A stretch of DNA of 64,000 bases from a virus: IMG/VR virus record IMGVR_UViG_3300027804_002057, one strand, 5' to 3'. The notes under the pieces are model-generated. The model did not search any database and was not told the DNA's origin. It was given only the letters and a program-made list of their open reading frames with translations. Every line of letters starts with the position of its first letter. Positions within the stretch are counted from its first letter, which is position 1. Made by a program: the position numbers and the translations under genes. This document shows, piece after piece, positions 34,201 through 44,600 of this stretch.

Positions 34201-36565
34201 TTGTACCGGATGTACCGCTCGTACCCGATGTACCAGAAGTTCCCGATGTGCCAGAAGTTCCCGATGTACCACCCGTTCCAGCAGTTGCAGATGTACCGCC
34301 ACTACCGCTTGTACCAGAAGAACCACCACTACCGCTTGTACCAGATGTACCAGAAGTTCCTGATGTACCTGATGTACCTGATGTACCAGACGAACCCCCA
34401 CTACCAGAAGTTGATGATGTACCAGCACTACCAGATGTTCCAGAAGAACCAGCAGAGCCAGATGAACCGGCACTTCCACTATTACCTGTTCTAGAGAATG
34501 TTACAACCAATTGTGCACCATTTACAGCAGGTAAAGTTCCACTAATCCAAGAAACAGGAATTTTATAATATCCAGTTGCTGCAGTTACAGCTCCGGTAAC
34601 TAAAAATATATTATTAATTGTACCACTATCTCTACTTGAAATAGTTAAATATCCTCTTGCTGTTGTAGTTGTACTATCATCCCAAGTATCATACCAAGCC
34701 GTTTGAGTATTTGAACTTTGGTCAATATTATCAATGAATATTTGAGATATAGCACCCGGTGATGTATTGTTATATGCAATAGAACCATTACCAGGATCTG
34801 CATCAGAGTTTGATGTATTGAAATTATATTTTATTCCGCCAGCTTGTCCGCTTGTACCAGACGTTCCACTTGTACCAGCACTACCAGCACTACCAGAACT
34901 ACCCTGAGCTCCAGAAGTTCCTGATGTACCACTTGTACCAGAAGTTCCACTTGTGCCAGAAGTTCCAGAAGAACCAGCCGAACCAGTTGAACCAGCTGAA
35001 CCAGATGTTCCTGAAACTCCGCTTGTTCCACTAGTACCATTTGTACCAGAAGTTCCAGAAGTTCCTGATGTACCCGATGTACCACTACTTCCCGAAGAAC
35101 CACTAGCTCCACCAATACCGCTTGTACCAGAAGTTCCCGATGTTCCAGATGAACCAGAAGTTCCAGATGAACCAGATGAACCCGATGTACCAGCACTACC
35201 TGTTGTACCACTAGAACCACCAGCACCACTAATACCACCACTACCAGAAGTTCCCGATGTACCAGAAGTTCCTGATGTTCCAGAAGTTCCAGATGTACCT
35301 GAAGAACCACTTATACCAGATGAACCAGTTGTACCAGCAGAACCGGTTGTACCAGCAGAACCGGTTGTACCACTACTACCACTTATTCCACTTGTACCAC
35401 TACTACCACTCTGTCCGCTTGTACCAGAAGAACCACCCGTACCAGAAGAACCAGCTGACCCAGCCGTACCAGAAGTTCCACTTATTCCTGATGTACCAGA
35501 CGAACCCGAAGAACCTGTTGAACCACTTGTACCAGAAGTTCCAGATGTACCACTTTGTCCGCTTGTACCAGAAGAACCCGTGCTACCAGATGTTCCAGAT
35601 GTTCCTGATGAACCACCACTACCAGAAGTACCAGCCGAACCTCTTGTACCAGATGTTCCCGATGTTCCAGATGAACCACCACTACCAGAAGTACCAGAAG
35701 TTCCACCACTTCCAGAAGTTCCTGAAGTTCCAGATGAACCCCCACTACCAGATGTACCAGAAGTTCCACCACTACCAGATGTACCACTTGAGCCGGATGT
35801 ACCACCACTACCAGAAGTTCCAGATGTTCCAGAAGTTCCTGAAGTACCACTACTTCCGCTTGTGCCCGATGTACCAGATGTACCAGATGTTGCTGCGGCA
35901 AATCTTCTGCTAATTCTACCTGTTGTTGTATTCAATACCAACACCTCATTTGTTGTATTATCGGTTGGAATTGAATCACCAGTTACTAAAATAGAACCAC
36001 TTACAGAAAGAGAACCAGTTATTTCTTGCTTATCATTTGTTCTATCTCCAAATTTGTTAGAACCAGATGCATAAATTATAGAAGATGAAATATATTGTGC
36101 AAAAAATTCAGTTGTTTGAATTCTTCCAGCTACATTTAAATTTTGAGAAATTTGCACAGAACCAGTTACACCCAAACTACTACTAATTGTAGTTGGTACA
36201 TTTATTTCCAATCCTCTATTTGGGGAAATTATAGCTTCAGCTGAACCTGATTTTAATCTATCTATATTACCAATAGATGATGCTTGTATATTAAATAATC
36301 CACTACCATCACCTCTAAATAATGATGCTGTGATTGAAGATGAAATTGCTAAAGACCCACTAATTTGAGTATTTGCTTTTAATTCCAAAGGCAATGTACC
36401 AAATGAATCAATTTCATATGTTTGTACACCAGAAGCAGTAATTTTTCCAACTACATTCATTGATGCAGATGAAAAATCTATTATTCTACTTCCACTTACA
36501 AATAAAGCAACTAAGGATGAACTTAATTGATTTAATCCATTAGGACTTTTACCCAAATACTCCAT
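28259..36565 (-). CDS. Long tail fibre (2768 aa) with Gly-X-Y tracts, modular distal region and C-terminal S74-type intramolecular chaperone
   Basis: C-terminal YSDERKKENI...LDKVLGIRGVYF...IGVIAQEV...VDYGKFSGLFIEAIKE plus coiled coil; GTS/GSS triplet tracts; repeated APIFYD..D..Y..DP linkers. Confidence 0.88.
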   Translation of the reverse strand: MEYLGKSPNGLNQLSSSLVALFVSGSRIIDFSSASMNVVGKITASGVQTYEIDSFGTLPLELKANTQISGSLAISSSITASLFRGDGSGLFNIQASSIGNIDRLKSGSAEAIISPNRGLEINVPTTISSSLGVTGSVQISQNLNVAGRIQTTEFFAQYISSSIIYASGSNKFGDRTNDKQEITGSLSVSGSILVTGDSIPTDNTTNEVLVLNTTTGRISRRFAAATSGTSGTSGTSGSSGTSGTSGTSGTSGSGGTSGSSGTSGSGGTSGTSGSGGSSGTSGTSGSGGTSGTSGSGGSSGTSGTSGTRGSAGTSGSGGSSGTSGTSGSTGSSGTSGQSGTSGTSGTSGSTGSSGSSGTSGISGTSGTAGSAGSSGTGGSSGTSGQSGSSGTSGISGSSGTTGSAGTTGSAGTTGSSGISGSSGTSGTSGTSGTSGTSGTSGSGGISGAGGSSGTTGSAGTSGSSGSSGTSGSSGTSGTSGTSGIGGASGSSGSSGTSGTSGTSGTSGTNGTSGTSGVSGTSGSAGSTGSAGSSGTSGTSGTSGTSGTSGTSGAQGSSGSAGSAGTSGTSGTSGQAGGIKYNFNTSNSDADPGNGSIAYNNTSPGAISQIFIDNIDQSSNTQTAWYDTWDDSTTTTARGYLTISSRDSGTINNIFLVTGAVTAATGYYKIPVSWISGTLPAVNGAQLVVTFSRTGNSGSAGSSGSAGSSGTSGSAGTSSTSGSGGSSGTSGTSGTSGTSGTSGTSGSGGSSGTSGSGGTSATAGTGGTSGTSGTSGTSGTSGTSGTSGTSGSGGTSGTSGSGGSSGTSGSGGTSGSGGSSGTSGTSGTSGTSGSGGSSGTRGTAGSGGTSGTSGTSGTSGTSGSGGTSGSGGSSGTSGSGGTAGTSGSGGTSGLLSLSGTTDNGVITLNGTAPNGTVESNLTFDGTNLRVTGNATITGNLTVSGTTTSINTVTLSTNDSMITLTGYATGSGSPINVNSGIEVVRNASATRQFYWSEANSRWTADTNFRVEGNVTLSGTIDTGIGATEVYLMNQNIRTTDSVTFAGITGPLTGNSTSTDQLNVFDTRSSVTGPQTGGRKVRADFLANSTDGLSDGGTYHGVLTFQQWGDSSGGGTRQLGFTDNDNLWIRGSGGGLSSYGSWKRIMDTTTYSYAANMNQNVRTSDNVSFQYVFGTYANFSAGNSENPTIGQIWTQSTGDNYLRKSTPAHFRSQVTDGVYIPINPDGDGASWNYSDENPTINGIYVGGGQRFGADGDVNGGFLQARIINATNGGFVNSAIGYYIGNNDFGANSSTYSTTRVIDGSGNFYATGGNITISKSGTNSYINFNAQSNDPGYIRHYESSNTARMYFSVSDDNGTNDYFGFGYSGDTERFLVYASGRIDTPILYDRDNTGYYLDPNSTSIVDIMEFGGDISTNTSNGSKIFGMFVPDGKYQTRNWHAGDGGYVWGGMQYRTGLTDSPIGSYAHSGNFAAWAGWRQNGWVPIDRTKTYKVSAWIRTTSGNPYCYLSFTQAAYDYSQPDNGGWGQPYYWSGVAPSSWTEYTMTIGPAGSGAGYTWYSYARFMQLGFLHNYLYSGYSGNAEFIGFKIEEVDNTLASNTTVLGPIYATQFIDNNDGNFLADPTGTSRFTNLNLDGTLGFRRASGDYGTYIRANGYPAQGYANSDGTRYWVELGSAGGVHIVLNTDGGVGAGENSFDHFTIWQGNNNGNRVFYVTNTGNTTAASSFRAPEIWGDRFYDDDGTFFFRTGQTSGNTRHINLANSTTDPSAVGSATGISSGQRTDSQPYYMMYVKSPYNNGYSTYTRLSLGWHTGLELGGNASYGGTTIFNDSPGVSSTILMSIGRGDQHVRISNNLYLPYIQDSTDGSYYLDFNGTSRLNELIVNSYVIQNNDGGTFLVSNTSEANNWIFQENARGWGIFYFNKGSQSGQTYGTYSTVGAETFFVGQSNGPSMPGWVGYNSSSRIAAMISHYTGYIWSNSTIYAAGEMRAPIFYDANDANYRVDPNGDSRLWYLGVGYALPSKRLHVIGDHGSSSWRLSLGSAYNGSGQGEVSLQAWVSEPGNTWNGAGFGYNVDNNLNANTNTYYWGRMNTSHGQGYFRFEQDGGIVLYNTNTSGTRYTNQYWGINYTYVYNYLEAANSLRAPIFYDSNDTGYKLDPNSTDNDALRIRGGALHGPNPSWGAYMYVGSNGRPNSWGSAVVTNGNLHLDCQNGYETYINHYSGNRTYLYEIRTNFIYDRDDTTFYLDPNGTSQIRYMVVWGGNSIQMNGANNSGGFIAFNNPSTYWGLIGNQTTNDWRLGWGATTSMYGWNLRWDNGSTVWANGSFRAPIFYDSDDTYWYIDPSTSGLSASFRGAVRIVDYFSPNGFPNWSDVAWLGRYDQVQGSYPMYSPAAMFGVHFQRSSDGASIGMVTRGGGYNDYNLLINWGDDSGDILEWRFNNSRVALMDIGGQSQFPIVYDYNDTSWYSDPNSNSNLQFIECRRYGFRYPGGDSGIGAEAYNMFQEAGGWGYPYPDLRIAYHTGIKLGANPSYEGMRFYNDYPMGSLIMQVNGGSEYIYKYRWMYTSTSGFYSDYNGAHWYPNYATSYGSWRADGSRSGWYGISIGTGNSPHLMFDGSGNGGIYSEGYGRWYLYHSLGNNCLGIGTSATSGAYRMYVGGGIYAEGNIVAYSDERKKENIITVDNALDKVLGIRGVYFNRKDDETKTRNIGVIAQEVINVVPEVVTYAEDVDEYGVDYGKFSGLFIEAIKEQNEIIKNQQKEIEQLKEIVNKLIFNNKG
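33894..34485 (-). repeat. Gly-Ser/Thr triplet tract 2 of the 2768-aa fibre
   Basis: About 200 aa of (GTS/GSS/GSG)n. Confidence 0.9.
34843..35890 (-). repeat. Gly-Ser/Thr triplet tract 1 of the 2768-aa fibre
   Basis: About 350 aa of (GTS/GSS/GSA)n. Confidence 0.9.
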
Positions 36566-36577
36566 TCATTACAACTT

Positions 36578-36910
36578 TTATGTTATCTCCAATACTGAAA
36601 CAATTACATCTGCCGAATTAGCCAATGATGATGTTACTGAAAGAAAATCTCCAGTTTCCAAAACTAACTTTTGTTCACCACCAACCAAAACTTCAGAACT
36701 GCCAGGCACAATTAATGCATCTTTAACTAAATAAGCAGCTTTATTTGCTGATGTATCTCTAATCATTACACTAACTGAAATATTATTTGAATTTACATTA
36801 GCAACACCAACTCCAATTACAGTTGTAGATGTGTTAGCAGGTGCTTCATAAACTTTAACACCCGTTGTTCCAATTGAACCTGTTATACTATTTTTAAATG
36901 AGTTTGCCAT
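36578..36910 (-). CDS. Small virion adaptor-like beta protein, 110 aa
   Basis: MANSFKN...VYEAPANTSTTVIG..VANV...KLVLETGDFL.V...DVIVSVLEIT; paralogous to the two ends of 49882-50796. Confidence 0.7.
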   Translation of the reverse strand: MANSFKNSITGSIGTTGVKVYEAPANTSTTVIGVGVANVNSNNISVSVMIRDTSANKAAYLVKDALIVPGSSEVLVGGEQKLVLETGDFLSVTSSLANSADVIVSVLEIT

Positions 36911-36924
36911 TTATTTTTATTTTT

Positions 36925-37206
36925 TTATCCCAATGCTATTGCAAAGGCTATCGCTGAATCTAAAACGTTTACACCATCAACCAAATAACCACCTGCTGTC
37001 AAATAAATAGAACCAGTTATAATTTGTGAACCACTTACGTTTAGTTTATTTGTTACATTCAAATCAGCAAAAGTAGCTTGTTGCACTTCAATTGTACCTT
37101 TAAACGAACCTGTAAGAGAACCAGTAAATGAACCACTTAAGTCCGCATATGCGTTCACTCTATCTTGAATAATTGAACCTGAAAATATTGGACTGTGTAT
37201 TACCAT
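36925..37206 (-). CDS. Short fibre-root-like protein, 93 aa, ending AIAFAIALG
   Basis: SGSFTGSLTGSFKG motif shared with the N-terminus of the 3730-aa fibre; hydrophobic C-terminal plug. Confidence 0.7.
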   Translation of the reverse strand: MVIHSPIFSGSIIQDRVNAYADLSGSFTGSLTGSFKGTIEVQQATFADLNVTNKLNVSGSQIITGSIYLTAGGYLVDGVNVLDSAIAFAIALG

Positions 37207-37255
37207 TTTACCTGCTTATTTTTCGTATAGGTATAAATATAAACCAATCCTTCTT

Positions 37256-37699
37256 TTAAGGTTTTACAGGCCATACTATACTAAAAGGGTTTGATTGTGT
37301 TGTAACATCTCTTAATTCTTGTCTATATGATTGCCAAATAGTTTTTGTTTCATTTGGAATATCACCCAATTGAGTCCAATCACATTCTTGAAGTAATTCA
37401 GTTCTTATTTGTCTAATTTCTTCCCATTTCAAATCAATTCTACTACTTATTTCAGAATCACTTGCATTTGTTTGTTCCCAATTTTGATAGTAAACACCAT
37501 CTACTAATATCGGAGTTCCTTCTACAATATTTTTTGTATAATCATTTGGTTTAGGTGTTTGTCTTACTTCGTAAATATCAAACTCACCCATTAAATTTTC
37601 TGTCATTTCTGATGGGAAGCTTGTACGTGGATTATCCTCTCTTAATTTTTCCAAAGAGTATGGATAAGTAATTGTGTTATTTATAATTCTTAAATACAT
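37256..37699 (-). CDS. Tail fibre assembly chaperone-like protein
   Basis: IRQIRTELLQECDWTQLGD...WQSYRQELRDVT.Q...IVWPVKP. Confidence 0.8.
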   Translation of the reverse strand: MYLRIINNTITYPYSLEKLREDNPRTSFPSEMTENLMGEFDIYEVRQTPKPNDYTKNIVEGTPILVDGVYYQNWEQTNASDSEISSRIDLKWEEIRQIRTELLQECDWTQLGDIPNETKTIWQSYRQELRDVTTQSNPFSIVWPVKP

Positions 37700-37702
37700 A
37701 TT

Positions 37703-38608
37703 TTATTTCCAAGTTGATGGTATTGATGCAAAGTTTGATAAACCAGTACAATTTCTAAATGCAGCTGTCCCAGCTGGCGTTGGTGTTCTATTCCAAAGTT
37801 CTGGAGCAGTACCAGTTAATGCATTTGAAGTTGAACTCATATTATAAACGTTGTTAAAAATTGTTACATTAGTATTATATGTAAATTGTAATACGTTTGT
37901 TAATGATAAGCAGTTTCTAAACGTACCAGAAAAGTTTGTTGCATTTACATTCAAATCAAATAAAGTAGATGGTACGGATGTCAACGCAGTACATGCAAAG
38001 AAACAAGATGAAAATGTTGTTGCATTTGGTACATTATCAAACAATCCATTAGGTACACTAGTTAATGTCAATATTGATGCAAATGTATTTGAAAATGTTG
38101 TTGCACTTGGTGAGTAATCAAAAAGGTCAGATGGTATTGATGATAATTTAGTAGCTTGAAATGCAGAGTTAAAACTTACTACTTCTGCTAATCCGGTGTA
38201 ACCACCCACTCCACTCAAAGTACCACTACCAGGTATCGCTGTTAAATTACCACAGCCATAAAAATTAATTGTTCTTAATCCAACAATACCCCATTGTACC
38301 AATTCGGTAATTAAACTTCTAATAGCTGAGTTGTTGTTTACTGTAAATCCTGGCATAAACCCACTAATAGTAACCGTATATGTTCCGGGTGAAACGTATG
38401 TATGAATTCTATTTACAGAAGATGATGAAGTTATTAATGGTGAATTGGCAGTACCATCACCCCAACTAATTATTACAGATGGAGTCAATGAACCATAATC
38501 CGATAAGGGCACAGTAAAAACAGTATTTGCAGCAGTTGTTGTTACTTTAAATACAAATGGAAATACTTGTGCCGAATCTGAAGGTATTAATTTTCTTGCT
38601 ATACTCAT
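37703..38608 (-). CDS. Putative fibre-tip/receptor-binding protein: PKD-like domain plus BspA-like leucine-rich repeats
   Basis: ISWGDG...HTYVSPGTYTVTISG; repeats of about 25 aa, LTSVP.GLFD....AT.FS..F..C. Confidence 0.75.
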   Translation of the reverse strand: MSIARKLIPSDSAQVFPFVFKVTTTAANTVFTVPLSDYGSLTPSVIISWGDGTANSPLITSSSSVNRIHTYVSPGTYTVTISGFMPGFTVNNNSAIRSLITELVQWGIVGLRTINFYGCGNLTAIPGSGTLSGVGGYTGLAEVVSFNSAFQATKLSSIPSDLFDYSPSATTFSNTFASILTLTSVPNGLFDNVPNATTFSSCFFACTALTSVPSTLFDLNVNATNFSGTFRNCLSLTNVLQFTYNTNVTIFNNVYNMSSTSNALTGTAPELWNRTPTPAGTAAFRNCTGLSNFASIPSTWK

Positions 38609-38619
38609 AACTATAATTA

Positions 38620-41600
38620 TTAACTCATATTTTTACCAACTACAAATCCATAATAAGTAGTACCACCATCAAATGTAAAGAATGTCAATACATCTATACC
38701 AGTTGATGTTAATATAGGTGCACTTCCACCAGCCCAATCCAAATTAACTGGCCATGTTAATGCGTATGTACCAGCATTAACCATAGTAAATGTAAATCCG
38801 AATGAATTTGATGCAGGTGCGTTACTAAATGCAATTGTTGAAGTTGCGTTAAATTGTCTTCTAAAATTATTTCCTAATGAAAGGTCTATTGTTACACTTC
38901 CACCTGTACCATAATCATAATAAGTTTCTCTATATGTGGTTGATGCTACATTTCCAGTTACAGACATTGTAGTTCCATCAAAAGTTAAATTACTTTCAAC
39001 GATTGCAGCCACAGGGGTTACTTGGTATGTCAATAAACCATTATCAGTTGCTCCAGTCAAACTAAATCCGTTTGTACCAGAAGTTCCAGATGTAAAGTTT
39101 GGTGGAGTTGTACCAGAAGTACCAGAAGTACCAGTTAAACCAGCAGTTCCGGATGTACCAGAAGTAAAGCCAGGAGGCGTAGTACCAGATGTACCAGAAG
39201 AACCTGTTTCGCCTGAAGTTCCAGCAGTACCCGATGTAAAGTTTGGTGGAGTTGTACCCGAAGTACCCGATGTGCCAGTTTCTCCACTAGTACCACCACT
39301 ACCGCTTGTACCAGATGTAAAGCCCGGAGGTGTAGTACCAGAAGTACCAGAAGAACCAGCCGAACCCGTAGCTCCAGGTGCACCACTACTTCCGCTTGTA
39401 CCAGACGAACCAAAGAATGTACCATCTAACCCACTTGTACCAGAAGTACCATTTGTACCCGTAGAACCTGATGTTCCGTTTGAGCCCGATGTTCCGTTTG
39501 AGCCCGATGTACCAGAAGTTCCAGAAGTTCCCGATGAACCAAAGTAAGTTCCATCAAATCCAGAAGTACCACTTATACCAGAAGTTCCCGATGTACCCGA
39601 TGTACCATTCGTACCCGTAGAGCCAGATGTACCAGAAGTTCCTGATGTACCAGAAGAACCAAAGTAAGTTCCATCAAATCCAGATGAACCGCTACTTCCA
39701 GAAGTTCCTGATGTACCCGATGTACCACTACTTCCAGCAGTTCCAGAAGAACCAGAAGTTCCTGATGAACCAAAGTAAGTTCCATCAAAACCAGAAGTAC
39801 CACTACTTCCAGAAGTACCATTTGAACCAGCTATACCGCTTGTACCAGAACTTCCTGAAGTGCCATTTGTACCGCTACTTCCAGAAGTACCACTACTTCC
39901 AAAGAATGTACCATCTAAACCAGAAGTTCCTGATGAACCAGCCGTACCAGTAGTACCACTTGAACCAGAAGTACCAGCTCCAGATGTACCGGATGTACCA
40001 CTACTTCCTGAAGAACCAAAATAAGTTCCATCTAAACCAGACGTACCAGACGAACCGCTTGAACCAGACGTACCAGACGAACCTGCGCCCGAAGTTCCAG
40101 AAGAACCACTACTTCCAGAAGAACCAAAATAAGTTCCATCTAAACCAGAAGTTCCTGAAGAACCGCTTGAGCCACTACTTCCAGAAGTTCCATCCGTACC
40201 AGAAGTACCATTTGAACCAGATGTACCAGAAGTTCCTGAAGAACCGAAGAATGTACCATCTAAACCAGAAGTTCCAGATGAACCAGACGTTCCAGCAGTT
40301 CCATTACTACCAGAAGTTCCGCTTGTGCCGCTTGTACCAGAAGAACCAGAAGTTCCTGATGAACCAAAGTAAGTTCCATCTAAACCACTTGTACCAGAAG
40401 TTCCGGAAGTTCCGCCTGTACCATTTGTTCCGCTTGAACCACTTGTACCAGCAGTACCAGTGCTTCCGCTTGTACCAGACGTTCCAGAAGTTCCTGAAGA
40501 ACCGAAGAATGTACCATCTAAACCAGAAGTTCCAGACGTTCCTGATGTACCGCTTGTACCAGACGAACCAGAAGTTCCCGATGTACCAGAAGTACCTGAA
40601 GAACCAAAATAAGTTCCATCTAAACCGCTTGTACCAGAAGTTCCTGATGTACCATCTGAACCAGAAGTACCTTGCGTTCCAGAAGTTCCAGAAGTGCCAG
40701 ATGAGCCCGATGTACCATCCGAGCCACTTGTGCCCGATGTACCATCAATACCACTTGTACCAGAAGAACCAGTTGAACCACTTGAACCAGATGTTCCAGA
40801 AGTTCCCGAAGTTCCGCTTGTACCATCACTTCCAGATGTACCACTACTACCGCTTGTACCAGACGAACCAGTTGTACCCGATGTACCTTCAGAACCATCC
40901 GTACCACTTGTACCACTCGAACCAGATGTTCCGCTTGTACCATCTGAACCAGAAGTTCCCGATGTACCAGATGTACCATCCGAACCCGTAGTTCCAGAAG
41001 AACCCGTAGTTCCAGAAGACCCAGCTGAACCAGAAGAGCCAGAAGAACCAGCCGTTCCAGAAGTACCATCACTACCAGAAGTTCCAGAAGAACCAGAAGA
41101 ACCAGACGTTCCAGAAGAACCTGTTGTGCCAGATGTACCACTTGAACCGGATGTACCACTACTACCGCTTGTACCATCCGTACCAGAAGTTCCCGAAGAA
41201 CCACTACTTCCAGAAGTTCCGCTTGTTCCAGAAGAACCGCTTGAACCAGAAGTTCCTGATGTACCATCCGTACCAGAAGTTCCAGAAGTTCCGCTTGTAC
41301 CAGAAGAACCAGAAGAACCTGTTGTACCGCTTGAACCGCTTGAACCAGAAGTACCCGATGTACCATCTTCTCCAGAAGTACCTGATGTACCACTTGTACC
41401 AGAAGTTCCGCTTGTACCAGAAGTTCCCGAAGAACCTGTTGTACCAGAAGTACCACTTGTGCCAGAAGAACCAGAAGTTCCCGATGTACCAGAAGTACCA
41501 CTTATACCATCCGAACCAGAAGTTCCAGATGTTCCCGATGAACCACCACTACCAGAAGTTCCTGATGTGCCACTTGTACCAGAAGTTCCACCACTACCGG

Positions 41601-44600
41601 ATGAACCACTTGAACCAGCAGAACCACCACTACCAGCTGAGCCGGATGTACCACCACTACCAGAAGTTCCAGATGTTCCAGAAGTTCCTGAAGTACCCCC
41701 GCTACCTGCTGTACCAGCTGTTCCGCTTGTTCCAGAAGAACCAGAAGTTCCAGAAGTACCTGAACTTCCACCAGAACCAGAAGTACCCGATGTACCACCA
41801 CTACCAGAAGTTCCCGATGTACCGCTTGTACCAGAAGTTCCAGAAGAACCACCACTACCAGCCGTACCACTTGTACCGCTTGTACCAGAAGAACCACCAC
41901 TACCAGATGAGCCTGATGTACCAGACGTTCCCGATGTACCAGACGTTCCTGATGTACCAGACGTTCCTGATGTACCGCTTGAACCAGACGTTCCACTACT
42001 ACCACTTGTTCCAGAAGAACCAGAAGTTCCCGATGAACCAGTTGTACCAGATGTTCCCGCTGAACCGCTTGTTCCAGAAGTTCCTGATGTACCAGAAGTT
42101 CCAGAAGTTCCTGATGAACCAGACGAACCAGAACTTCCTGATGAACCGCTTGAACCAGAAGTTCCTGAAGTACCACTTGTTCCAGAAGTTCCTGATGAAC
42201 CGCTTGAACCAGATGAACCAGAAGAACCTGAACTACCGCTTGAACCGCTTGAACCAGATGAACCACTACTTCCGCTTGAACCAGATGAACCATCCGAACC
42301 TGAAGTTCCAGAAGACCCAGAAGAACCAGCACTTCCAGATGTACCAGAAGAACCAGATGAACCAGCACTTCCAGACGAACCTGAACTACCACTTGTACCA
42401 GAAGAACCACCCGTACCAGCAGTACCAGATGAACCAACTGCTGCTACTATATTTCTTCTTTCTAATTTTTTAGTTATACTATTCCAAATAACAACATCTT
42501 CAGATGAACCAGAAGGTAAATTACCTAATAATAAACTTCCACTAACACCTAAACTTCCACTAATAGTTAAATTAGCGTTAATACTACTATCTTTGTTTAC
42601 TTGTAAGAATGATGCCGTATTTACTCCTTCCGCATTTAGAGCGTAAAGAGCGTATGATGCGGTGTATGCTAATGAAGCAGTACCAACCAACATTGATGAA
42701 GTTGCTGATGAAAGTACAAAGTTACTAACATCTACATTTGCTGCGTTTGCTGCGTACAATGCGTAAGATGCAGTTCTAGCATAAGATGCCGATAGAACTG
42801 TCATAGATGCAGTTGCACTATTCTTAACATAATCGGTTAATTCTAAACCTTGTAAACTAGCTACATATGATGCGGTTAATGCGTAAGAAGAACTTACTGC
42901 ACCAAACACATTCATTGATGATGTTTGGTCATTTCTTACATATGCATTTGCATTTGCTAATGATGCCGATAATGCTACTAATGATGCAGAATCAAATCCA
43001 GTTACTGCGTCTGCTATTCCAGCTCTACGAGCATAAGATGATGATAAAACCTCACCAAATACTCTATCACCAGTTATAGTTCCATTAATTAAAGAACCAC
43101 CACTACCAATTACAACATGTCCAGAAGTTAATCCGGCAAATTTAATTTGTATTGTATCTTCATCAATTGATTTAACAGTACCAGGCAAAATTTGGTCCTC
43201 AGAACCAGTTGCGTAAACCTGAACCATTGGGTATCTAATTCCCAAATTGTGTACAATTGTTAAATCACTAACATTATTGAATGATACAGTTTCAGTTAAT
43301 GATGTTTCAGGTTGAGGTACAAAATATCCTCTACTTTCATCAAATCTTAAAATATCATATTCCGCAGATGCAGTAGGCCCAACCCCTTGGAAATTATAAG
43401 TTCCCAAGAATGAACCAGTAAAGAATGGTGCAAACACATATTGTGATGCAGTAACTTTATTTAAATATGCAGTGTTCGATACATTATAAAAATCACCCCA
43501 AATGAATGAAGATGTATTAACTACAAATCCTTTATCAGGTGAAATTGATGCGGTTATTGAACCACTCTTTAATATGAATGTTTCAAATGATAAATTAGCA
43601 ATGTTAATATTGTATAATCCACTACCATCACCTACATATGTAGAACCACTTTGTAGTATAACATTACCACCACTTACAAACACAGAACCACTAATAGTTG
43701 CAGACCCAGAGAATATTCTTAATGAAGTATTAACTTCTAAACCTTTATCAGGAGATATTACAGCTTGAGCAGAACCAGATTGGATTCTATCCAATTTAAG
43801 GTCTTGTAATGCGTTTGCAGGGATGTTAAATAATCCACCACCATCACCACTATAACGTGCTGCTGTTATTTCAGTACTTACATCTAAAATTTCAGGTCTT
43901 TGAATTGTTGTAGCCGAACCAGATTGAATTCTATCTAACTGAAGGTCTTGAAGTGCTGATGCCGGAATATCAAATAAGTTTGCTCCAGAACCAGAGAATG
44001 AACCTGTGTAAAGTTTTACATCACCATAGAAAGTAGAACCACTACTATATGATGTTACAATAAATCCTTCATTTGGTGCTACTGAAGCTGTTACACTACC
44101 ACTTACAATTCTTGGTGCTGCAGCCGCTGCTACGTTTGTAATTTGAGAACCATCACCAATAAATGCAAATGCTCTTACACTTCCACTAACATCAACTGAA
44201 CCGGTAAATAATGAACCATATGCTGAGCCGGTTTGTGAAGTTGTTACTACAAATTGTTTACCACTTGCTACCGATGCCGTTGCTGAACCACTAGCGATAA
44301 ATGGTGCTGCTGCCGCTTGTACATTGGTGATTTGCGAACCATCACCAACAAAGAATTGCGCATATACCGAACCACTAACTGAAACAGAGCCTGTAAATTC
44401 TATACCAACATCAGAACCAGTGTATGCGGTTGTTACTATTAACTTATCACCACTTGCTACGGATGCCGTTGCCGAACCACTAGCGATAAATGGTGCTGCT
44501 GCCGCTTGTACATTTGTAATATATCTACCATCACCATAGAAGAAATCAGTTACAGTCAATGAACCACTAACTGAAACAGAACCAGTAAATCTACTTCCTA

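Noticed and set aside
28259-38608. Diversity-generating retroelement or invertible shufflon acting on fibre tips
   Set aside because: No reverse transcriptase, site-specific recombinase, template/variable repeat pair or inverted cassette was seen in this window.
39400-40630. CRISPR-like regularly spaced repeats (ccaaa..a.gt.ccatc)
   Set aside because: They are in-frame coding repeats with synonymous variation, the 'spacers' are triplet repeats, and no cas genes are present.
33849-42646. Long plus-strand ORFs (PEVPDVP..., MYQKFQ...) and alternative-frame minus ORFs (VVLLVHQE...)
   Set aside because: They are shadows of the Gly-Ser/Thr triplet tracts, whose codons lack stops in other frames; no independent coding evidence.
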